Shown here: piece after piece, positions 1 through 6,638 of the stretch | Layout: each line of letters opens with the position of its first letter | How positions within the stretch are numbered: position 1 is the first letter of the stretch | The notes under the pieces: generated by a model | What the model was told of the DNA's origin: nothing | Databases searched by the model: none | Seen by the model: only the letters and a program-made list of their open reading frames with translations | Source: Microcystaceae cyanobacterium | GTDB taxonomy: Bacteria; Cyanobacteriota; Cyanobacteriia; Cyanobacteriales; Microcystaceae | Direction: 5' to 3' | Assembly: GCA_041746575.1 (NCBI GenBank) | Contig: JBGTGT010000104.1 | Coordinates: 1-15,598 of the forward strand | Length of the DNA stretch: 15,598 bases | Position numbers and translations under genes: made by a program

Positions 1-120
1 GACCATAAGAAACTCTGCTTAAATTAAAGTAGGGAAGCTGTATTTTGCCAAAACTTAGATAAGTATAGTATCTTTTTTATGTGAATTTTTTAGACATAAA
101 TATAATGATATGTCAAGTTA

Positions 121-140
121 ATTTAGATGCGTTTACCCTG
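121..140 (-). mobile_element. Probable IS terminal inverted repeat (ISAs1-like, CAGGGTAAACGCATCTAAAT on the minus strand) interrupting the PIN gene
   Basis: PIN homology stops abruptly after SEDMQD exactly at this sequence. The CAGGG-starting end resembles ISAs1-family termini, and it shares ATTTAGATGC with the repeat at 2772-2795. Confidence 0.5.
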
Positions 141-518
141 ATCCTGCATATCTTCAGAGTAAAGAATTTCTGCATTAACAGACAAAGCAATTGCTATAAT
201 CAGACTATCCCACAATGAGAATTGATATTGTAAGCGCAAATTAGATGAAGATTCAAGAATGGTTAAATTAAAGGAAATAACCTGACAGCGATTATATAAA
301 GATTGAATAACTTGTTTAACTTCTTCTTCTTGAAAGGAAGCTTTTTTTAATAAATTGACCGAAAGTTAATTGATAACTTGTGTACTGATTACTAAATTGC
401 TTTTTTGAGTTATTTCTGTTGCAATTTTGCGTTTTCTTTCTCGTTCATTGGGTTCAATTCTTTGGTCATCAAAAAGACGATATAACCAAACATTGGTATC
501 AATAAAATTGACTGGCAT
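123..518 (-). pseudogene. PIN-domain (VapC-like) toxin pseudogene
   Basis: Manual translation: MPVNFIDTNVWLY...ISTQVIN*LSVNLLKK...FSLWDSLIIAIAL...ILYSEDMQD. PIN motifs DTN, WDSLI and SED are present. There is an in-frame TAA at 368-366 (codon 51) and the C-terminus is replaced. Confidence 0.85.
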
Positions 519-523
519 AATGT

Positions 524-733
524 TTAATTGGAGCGTTCATAAATTTCTTCACGGGATAAGAATGAATCAACCAAAACAGGGTTATCAGTTAAAATATCTA
601 TAATATCGGCTGTTTTGTCAGATGAAGACAGTTCTGAAGTGTCAGCTAAGTTTTGGGTTTTAAATTGTTCAATCATTGCTTGAATTTGGGCAATCTGTTC
701 GGGTTTTAAGCCTGTTAAATTAATATTAACCAT
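524..733 (-). CDS. Small putative antitoxin of the PIN toxin
   Basis: 69 aa ORF ending 5 nt before the PIN start. The acidic C-terminal half ending in LSREEIYER is typical of VapB-like partners. Confidence 0.65.
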   Translation of the reverse strand: MVNINLTGLKPEQIAQIQAMIEQFKTQNLADTSELSSSDKTADIIDILTDNPVLVDSFLSREEIYERSN

Positions 734-834
734 AATGTTTAATCATTTTATTTTTTACAATTATAGCTGATCTCAATCATGAGAGAACATTTATCAAACC
801 TGTTAAGGATGTTGTTATCGTCAAATTTAGCAGA

Positions 835-1095
835 TTAAGCCACCTCAAGTTCATAATGTAAAACCAATAACTCATCTTCCTTTAAAATTGCCATCGCATA
901 TTCCCGTCCTTGACTATCAGCAAACTCTACTAAATATTGCTTTTCTTCTCCTCTTTCATAAACTTCTACCACCGTTCCCACCTGTCCACTCGGTAAGCTT
1001 TCAATAGACATAAATTCAGGTTCAACTAAAGTTAATCTTTCCTTAGCAATTGGATTAATAATCGCCACTGTATCTAACATTAAAATATTGTTCAT
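835..1095 (-). CDS. DUF4926-like small protein
   Basis: Motif LDTVA...GQVGTVVEVY...YLVEFADSQGREYAM...L, immediately downstream of the DUF6883-like gene. Confidence 0.75.
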   Translation of the reverse strand: MNNILMLDTVAIINPIAKERLTLVEPEFMSIESLPSGQVGTVVEVYERGEEKQYLVEFADSQGREYAMAILKEDELLVLHYELEVA

Positions 1096-1100
1096 GATAC

Positions 1101-1430
1101 CTACTTAATAAACGCAGAAATAAGACGAGGATTCGCATTTGTAGAAGTGACTTCCCAAATCGTCCGAAGTTGCATCCTTTCTTGATTCGGTATCGTCCAA
1201 TCTACCTTAAACTGTTGACCAAAATCTGTCTGTGCTTGCTGAACCACTTCCCCTTCAATGGCCGCTAGACGAATCATTGACAATAACAGTTCAGCATTTT
1301 CTTGAGTGATACCTAAACGAGCTTTAAAAACCCTAGCCTTATGTTTACCGCTAGAATGTTCAGGATTTAAGCAATAGTTAATTAACTTTTCCATTGCAAT
1401 CTCCGCTTGTTCCCCGTTAGGTAATTTCAT
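1101..1430 (-). CDS. DUF6883-like protein (putative toxin/nuclease partner of DUF4926)
   Basis: Motif MKLPN..A.I...KL..YCLNPEH..GKHKARVF...LG...W......PRLISAF. Confidence 0.72.
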   Translation of the reverse strand: MKLPNGEQAEIAMEKLINYCLNPEHSSGKHKARVFKARLGITQENAELLLSMIRLAAIEGEVVQQAQTDFGQQFKVDWTIPNQERMQLRTIWEVTSTNANPRLISAFIK

Positions 1431-1518
1431 ACTTTTACAGACAAGATAATTTAAAATGGGATTTTACACCCTTTAACTACAAACTAAAAAAACTCACCTC
1501 ACTATTAAACGATAAAAC

Positions 1519-1535
1519 TACTATTGAAAATAGTA
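1519..1535. promoter_or_regulatory. Perfect 7-3-7 palindrome (TACTATT-gaa-AATAGTA) upstream of cas6; possible operator
   Basis: Seen directly, 14 nt before the cas6 ATG in the divergent intergenic region. Function is inferred. Confidence 0.35.
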
Positions 1536-1549
1536 TATCAATCCTTCCC

Positions 1550-2263
1550 ATGCTTGCCAGCAACTCCCCCCTTCCCAACCCCTACATTGACCTAAAATTC
1601 CCCCTCACAGGTCACATCATACCCTTAAATCACGGCTATCCCCTCTATTCAGCTATATCTCACCAATTCCCCGTCATTCATAACCTAGACACCCTCAGCA
1701 TTCATCCCATCACAGGTAAACCCGAATTTCCCCACCTTCTCTACCTTACCGAAGACTCTTACCTCTGTCTGCGTCTTCCTATTAATCAAGTCCCTCTAAT
1801 CTACCGACTCGCAGGAAAAACCCTCAACCTCAATGACCATAAAATTCGCCTTGGATTACCAGAATCCACTTTTATCTCCCCTCATCATCACCTCTATTCT
1901 CGTCTTGTCGTTATTCGAGGATTTGATGAACCTCAAACCTTCCTTGAAGCAGCACAACGCCAACTAAACCAGCGTAACATAACCGCTACCTTATCCCTCA
2001 CGTCCCGACCCGAAGGTGAACCCATTCGACGTATAATCAAGATTAAAGGCAAAACCCTTGTCGGTTTCGGAGTCAAAATCAGCGATTTGAACGAAGAAGA
2101 CTCAATTTCACTACAAGAACAGGGAATTGGGGGAAAACACAAGATGGGATGCGGAGTGTTTATTAAGGCAGAGGGCAGAAGGCAGGAGGCAGGAGGAAAT
2201 AAAAGGGAGAAGGAAGGGATTAGGATTCAGAAATCAGAGAATAGAAGGCGAGAGGAAAGTTAA
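1550..2263 (+). CDS. cas6: Type I-B (Myxan) CRISPR endoribonuclease Cas6 (Cmx6), with a repeat-derived C-terminal tail
   Basis: N-terminal IDLKFPLTG..IPLNHGYPLYSAIS and the C-terminal glycine-rich loop LQEQGIGGKHKMGCGVF. Confidence 0.95.
   Translation: MLASNSPLPNPYIDLKFPLTGHIIPLNHGYPLYSAISHQFPVIHNLDTLSIHPITGKPEFPHLLYLTEDSYLCLRLPINQVPLIYRLAGKTLNLNDHKIRLGLPESTFISPHHHLYSRLVVIRGFDEPQTFLEAAQRQLNQRNITATLSLTSRPEGEPIRRIIKIKGKTLVGFGVKISDLNEEDSISLQEQGIGGKHKMGCGVFIKAEGRRQEAGGNKREKEGIRIQKSENRRREES
2166..2195 (+). repeat. Tandem heptamer (GGCAGRR) tract; left arm of a 30-bp inverted repeat
   Basis: AGGCAGAGGGCAGAAGGCAGGAGGCAGGAG matches the reverse complement of 2731-2760 at 27/30 positions. Confidence 0.9.
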
Positions 2264-2314
2264 AAAGGATATAATAAGCTTTAACGTCAAACTTCTGCCT
2301 TCAAACTTCTATCT

Positions 2315-2665
2315 ATGAGCTATAGAGAACAATTCATTTGGAAACGTGGAATTCAACTATCCGTAAACTGTTATCAATTAACTGAAAAATTCCCTAAGTC
2401 AGAATTATATGGACTTACAAGCCAAATAAGACGAGCTTCTGTCTCTGTTCCCTCTAATATTGCTGAAGGTTATGGCAGAAGAACCAAGAACGAGTATATT
2501 CAGTTCCTTCATATTGCATTGGGGTCTTTAAGAGAACTAGATACACAGCTAATCATAGCTAAAGAAGTAAAATTAGCTACTCCTGAATTATTTGACCCAA
2601 TTTTAGAAGAAGTAGATAGTATGCAAAGAATTTTAGTTTCTACTATTCAAAAGCTAAAGCCTTAA
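2315..2665 (+). CDS. Four-helix-bundle protein (23S rRNA IVP / bAvd-like superfamily)
   Basis: Signature W......L...Y.LT..FP..E.YGLTSQIRRASVSVPSNIAEG.GR....Y..FL.IA.GSL.EL.TQL.IA. Confidence 0.93.
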   Translation: MSYREQFIWKRGIQLSVNCYQLTEKFPKSELYGLTSQIRRASVSVPSNIAEGYGRRTKNEYIQFLHIALGSLRELDTQLIIAKEVKLATPELFDPILEEVDSMQRILVSTIQKLKP

Positions 2666-2691
2666 ATTTCCCCCCTACCCTTTTACCCTCC

Positions 2692-2795
2692 TAAGCTAAG
2701 ACGCATTTAAACTGGGTAGCGCGTAAATAGCTCCTGCCTCCTGCCCTCTGCCTCCTGCCTGTCCCCACAAACCAATTTAGATGCTTAACAGCTTA
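2692..2795. mobile_element. 104-bp MITE-like element with 24-bp imperfect terminal inverted repeats
   Basis: 2692-2715 TAAGCTAAGACGCATTTAAACTGG versus the reverse complement of 2772-2795, TAAGCTGTTAAGCATCTAAATTGG (18/24 identical). Confidence 0.55.
2731..2760 (-). repeat. Tandem heptamer tract; right arm of the 30-bp inverted repeat
   Basis: CTCCTGCCTCCTGCCCTCTGCCTCCTGCCT. Confidence 0.9.
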
Positions 2796-2831
2796 CTCTT
2801 CTGCCATCTGTTTCCTGCCCCCTGCCCCCAA

Positions 2832-4553
2832 ATGATAGCCACTTCAACCCCCCCCAAAATCCATCTGCACCTCAACGCACCTGACACCACCCTCATTCAT
2901 CGTGCAGGGATATTAGGGTTATGGATGACCCTTAAACAGCTAGAACAGCAATTTCCTACTCCTTTCCAACGTTTAGGCGGATTATCATGGAAATTAACCC
3001 CTGATAGTGTTAGTCTTGATTGGCAAGGACAAGATGAGGAAGTCTTAGATTGGCTACTTAAACAAGCGTTTCAAGTTGATGCGAAAGGCTTAATCAGCTT
3101 ACTAGGACTAAAACCTCAATTTATGCCTTTAATTAATAAAATACACCTACATCAAGCCTTAACCGCCACCTTACTACAACATAATCAATTTGTAACTCCC
3201 ATTACTCGCCAATACCAAGTCTATGGAATTAATTTAAAGAAAACTGCTCCTAATTATCTCTTAAATTTACTCATCAAAAGCCCTATTCCCCTACAATTTT
3301 ATCTATTAGCTAAAGGAAAATTAGATGCCATTAAATCTATCAACCTGACAGAAGATAAAGTTAACTGTCGCCTCAGCTATAAACGACTAGCAGACTATAT
3401 TCATCAAGACTTTAGCCAACAATTATGTCATCCTAAAACCCATCAATTAATCAAAGATTATATCCCGATTGTTAGTTGGTTGTATCCGGGGGCTATCATT
3501 CGACATGAATTAGTCAGAAAATTTAATCAATGTAAAGAACGTCCCGAATATGCTTTTGCCCTATTATTTTTACCAATAGCTTGTCACTATTTAATTTTAT
3601 CTAAAGGAATCAATGAACAACTAAAATCGAAGAAAAACCATCCTATTAAATACTTATTGGTCATTCCAGACTCTATTAACTTAGAAAAATCAGCCAAAAT
3701 ACGCTGGCGTTTAAATAATACTCATTATCGAGAGTTGTATGTTTCTAGTTTAGCCGAAGCTGGTTTAAATTATTATGTTAATGAAAATCAGCGTCACTTT
3801 TCCCCTCAAAGATGTCAAGTTATTCTCTATGATAAATTAATGAAAACCTCTCAACTCAGAAATCCTGTTGATATTCAAGACTTTTATATCACACCCAAAA
3901 ATCTGAAAACCTATCAACTTGCTCACCGTCATCTTCAACACAATCAACTTATACCAACTGAAGTAAACTTTCTCATTAGATTAAACTTAATTAGGGGAAT
4001 AATAGCTGAAAATATTCTTAAAAAACAATCGATTTGGCGAAATTTATGGTTAATCTTAAAACAAAAAGACCCCTCTGGTGAAATTAGACAGCAACTCAAT
4101 TACAATCAAACAGGATTATTCACCATGATAAAAAATGTTGATGAAATTACCAAATCTCATGATGCTTTTATTGACGTTATTCACGAAGCATTGAAAATGA
4201 TTTACGCTCAAATGTATCAAGATAATCCCGATTCAGCACCGAAAAAGATTGACAGAGAAAATGAACGCCTTAAATCTAAACTTTTAGATTGCTATAAAGA
4301 GGAAACCTTTCGACATCTCATGGCTAAATTACTCTCAAAAGCAGGGAATCTTTCAACCCTTAACGAAAACCGTAAATTAGTCTTACCAATTTTAACAGGT
4401 AAAATAGACTGGAAAGAAGCCAGAGATATTGCTTTAATTGCCTTATCCAGCTATCCCACCAAAGCAAGATTAAGTAGGCAAACTTTAGTCTTTTTTGCTT
4501 TTCCGCTACTCCTTGAGGTAGAACTTTATCAACTCGCTTTTGTTATTTTATAG
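2832..4553 (+). CDS. cas8: Type I-B (Myxan) Cascade large subunit Cas8 (Cas8b3/Cmx8); likely start 2832 rather than 2781
   Basis: N-terminal L.L.APDTTLIHRAGILGLWMTLKQL, WLYPGAIIRH, FALLFLPIAC.Y...L.VIPD, and position between cas6 and cas7. The ATG at 2781 lies inside a repeat. Confidence 0.9.
   Translation: MIATSTPPKIHLHLNAPDTTLIHRAGILGLWMTLKQLEQQFPTPFQRLGGLSWKLTPDSVSLDWQGQDEEVLDWLLKQAFQVDAKGLISLLGLKPQFMPLINKIHLHQALTATLLQHNQFVTPITRQYQVYGINLKKTAPNYLLNLLIKSPIPLQFYLLAKGKLDAIKSINLTEDKVNCRLSYKRLADYIHQDFSQQLCHPKTHQLIKDYIPIVSWLYPGAIIRHELVRKFNQCKERPEYAFALLFLPIACHYLILSKGINEQLKSKKNHPIKYLLVIPDSINLEKSAKIRWRLNNTHYRELYVSSLAEAGLNYYVNENQRHFSPQRCQVILYDKLMKTSQLRNPVDIQDFYITPKNLKTYQLAHRHLQHNQLIPTEVNFLIRLNLIRGIIAENILKKQSIWRNLWLILKQKDPSGEIRQQLNYNQTGLFTMIKNVDEITKSHDAFIDVIHEALKMIYAQMYQDNPDSAPKKIDRENERLKSKLLDCYKEETFRHLMAKLLSKAGNLSTLNENRKLVLPILTGKIDWKEARDIALIALSSYPTKARLSRQTLVFFAFPLLLEVELYQLAFVIL
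4125..4553 (+). CDS. cas11: Putative Cas11 small subunit translated internally within cas8
   Basis: In-frame ATG at 4125 with AGGA at 4112-4115. The context caggattattcaccATG resembles the cas7 start (cggagtttatcaccATG). Helical domain with F...IHEAL...W...RDIALIAL.SY. Internal Cas11 translation is established for types I-B, I-C and I-D. Confidence 0.7.
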   Translation: MIKNVDEITKSHDAFIDVIHEALKMIYAQMYQDNPDSAPKKIDRENERLKSKLLDCYKEETFRHLMAKLLSKAGNLSTLNENRKLVLPILTGKIDWKEARDIALIALSSYPTKARLSRQTLVFFAFPLLLEVELYQLAFVIL

Positions 4554-4579
4554 CCCTTTCTTAGTCGGAGTTTATCACC

Positions 4580-5455
4580 ATGCGATACTTATTTGGAAAC
4601 TTACTCACCCATCATGCTCCTGCTTCCTTAAACCGAGGTGAAAATGACGGAAATGAACAATTAATACAACAAATTATTTGGCAAAATGAACCCCATTCAA
4701 CCGTTTCTCCCTTTAGTATTCGTTGGAAAGTTCGCTATCAATTTCAAGAACAAAAAGAAGACGTTTACGAAAAATGGGACAAAGTTCAAAGAATTCGTGT
4801 TCCACAACCCAAACCTCATAATGCAGAGGATTTTATTGATGATGATGTCATGGGATTTATGGTAACAGAATCTGCAAAAAAGAATCAAAAAGGAACAAGT
4901 AATGCTCGTCAAGGTGCATTAGGGACAAACCGAGCCATTTCTTTAACCCCCTATGATGGTGCAACCTTTAACTATTACAATAGTGGTGAAAAAGATAAGC
5001 TTTCTATTCATAGCACGAATGTTCATAATACCTGTTATCAATATTGTTTTGCTTTAGATTCAAAACATTTAGTCAATAAATCTCGTATCCTTAAGGTGAT
5101 AGATGCTTTTATTCATCTAGGTCAAGTTGGGGGTCACTACAATGATTCTTTCTTCGATTTCTCACCAGAAAGTGTTGTTTTTCGCTGGACAAAAGATAAC
5201 TGTCCTCGCTTTCTTTATTGCTTTGAACAAGATGAAAATAAGCAAATTATTGCACCCAAGTTAGAAGAACAAGTCGAAGCAGAAGATATTCTCCCTCAAG
5301 AATTATGGATTGGGGGAGAAATTACCAAAAACTTAAATATTGAAAATGCTCATCTTCATAGAGGGATTAAAAAAACGGCTGAAAACCTTAAAGCAAAAAT
5401 TGTTGAAGACTTAAAACTACCTCCTGAAGAATCCCAAAAACAAGAAAACCAATGA
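4580..5455 (+). CDS. cas7: Type I-B Cas7 (Cst2/DevR)
   Basis: LFGNLLT....SLNRGE..GN...IQ, FIDDDVMGFM, NRAISLTPY.G, YQY.F.L, VGG.....FDFSPESVVFRWT; GGAG ribosome-binding site. Confidence 0.93.
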   Translation: MRYLFGNLLTHHAPASLNRGENDGNEQLIQQIIWQNEPHSTVSPFSIRWKVRYQFQEQKEDVYEKWDKVQRIRVPQPKPHNAEDFIDDDVMGFMVTESAKKNQKGTSNARQGALGTNRAISLTPYDGATFNYYNSGEKDKLSIHSTNVHNTCYQYCFALDSKHLVNKSRILKVIDAFIHLGQVGGHYNDSFFDFSPESVVFRWTKDNCPRFLYCFEQDENKQIIAPKLEEQVEAEDILPQELWIGGEITKNLNIENAHLHRGIKKTAENLKAKIVEDLKLPPEESQKQENQ

Positions 5456-6090
5456 AATCAGTTGCTATTTATATTGATGTTCCCGTTGCTACTTTCCGAC
5501 AATCTCATGCTAGAGAGTACGGGAAAACTTATCCTTATCCTCCCCATTCAACCGTTTACGGACTTTTGTTATCTTTAGTAGGTGAAATGGACATGAACAA
5601 GCATTGTGGGGTTCAATTAGCTATTGCAATGTTATCTCAACCTGCTAAATCGAAAACATTGAGAACCATTAATCGGTTTAAGTTCAAAAAACAAGATCAT
5701 CAAGGCAATAAACGACCCGATTATCAAGAAATCTTAACCGATATTCGTTTCATTGTTTGGGTACAATCAGCAGAAGATAAACATAATCCTACCTTACCAG
5801 AAAGACTAGAACAAGCCTTATTGAATCCTGATTCTGTGCAAAGATGGGGCGTATTATTCTTAGGAGAAAGCGATGATTTAGTGAATAATATTAAGTTAGT
5901 CCCTGACAATTTTGAAGTTAAATCAAGAGAATGGCTATTAAGAGACGATAAGGGCTGGATTACTTTACCTTATTGGGTAGATCATTTTAACTTTCAAGGA
6001 ACACGATGGTTTCGCTATCGCTTAGAAGCAATTGCTTGTCAATCGCCACCAGAATCAGCTTATGTAACAATTAAACAAGACAAATATTAA
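5452..6090 (+). CDS. cas5: Type I-B (Myxan) Cas5 (Cmx5/DevS)
   Basis: VPVATFRQSHAREY..TYPYPPHSTVYGLLLSLVG, RPDYQEILT, LFLGESDDLV; ATGA overlap with cas7. Confidence 0.95.
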   Translation: MKSVAIYIDVPVATFRQSHAREYGKTYPYPPHSTVYGLLLSLVGEMDMNKHCGVQLAIAMLSQPAKSKTLRTINRFKFKKQDHQGNKRPDYQEILTDIRFIVWVQSAEDKHNPTLPERLEQALLNPDSVQRWGVLFLGESDDLVNNIKLVPDNFEVKSREWLLRDDKGWITLPYWVDHFNFQGTRWFRYRLEAIACQSPPESAYVTIKQDKY

Positions 6091-6177
6091 ACTTTTCAGT
6101 AGGTTTTTGATTAGCTTAAAGAGTTGCTTGTAGAATTATTTGTACGAATAGGCTAAAACAGTCTTTTAGCTTATGCC

Positions 6178-6436
6178 GTGATTTATTGCTTGATGTTATA
6201 AGGCGTTACTTAACCTGTCAGAGTGGCTGGTTTTGTTTCAGTGTATTGTGATTTATTGCTCGATGTCGTAAGGCGTTACTCACGTATCTAGCCAGTATGC
6301 AATCGCTAAATTCGCTTGTAATCCATTACTTGATGTTTTAAAGCGTTACTCACGTCGATTATTCAGTTTTGCCTAATCTTCTAGAACAGTGATCTATTAC
6401 TTGATCTATTACTTGATGTCGTAAGGCGTTATTCTC
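6178..6436 (+). CRISPR. Short degenerate type I-B CRISPR array, 4 repeats and 3 spacers
   Basis: Repeats: 6178-6213, 6248-6283 (GTGATTTATTGCTCGATGTCGTAAGGCGTTACTCAC), 6318-6353, and 6389-6436 (48 bp, with an internal 12-bp duplication). Spacers: 6214-6247 (34 bp), 6284-6317 (34 bp), 6354-6388 (35 bp). The GATGYCGTAAGGCGTT hairpin resembles cyanobacterial I-B repeats. Confidence 0.93.
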
Positions 6437-6638
6437 AAAGCAGAGAATTTTTGTGTAGTATTTTTTGGATTCTCGTTTTTATGTTACAACGAAGTCATAA
6501 GGGTTTGGATGCCCAAAACAAGGATATTTATTCAATGCAAGTGTAGTATATTTAGGCAATAATTAATAGCGCAAAGCATTATTTAAGCTAAAATTTTAGT
6601 AGTTCTCTCTTACTAAGACTTTACTCCTCTCTAATTTC

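Noticed and set aside
1933..2142. 69-aa minus-strand ORF
   Set aside because: Antisense shadow of cas6 with no recognisable motifs.
2127..2318. 63-aa plus-strand ORF
   Set aside because: Overlaps the cas6 3' end and is open mainly because of the purine-rich heptamer repeats.
2781..2831. Longer cas8 start at 2781
   Set aside because: The ATG lies in a terminal inverted repeat and the added 17 aa are repeat-derived. Cas8-like sequence begins after Met at 2832.
4697..4912. 71-aa minus-strand ORF
   Set aside because: Antisense to cas7.
5724..5909. 61-aa minus-strand ORF
   Set aside because: Antisense to cas5.
6354..6388. Spacer 3 targeting the tnpB fragment (TCTAGA...TTAGG.AAA near 15210-15230)
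   Set aside because: Only short gapped similarity, which is expected by chance in AT-rich DNA.
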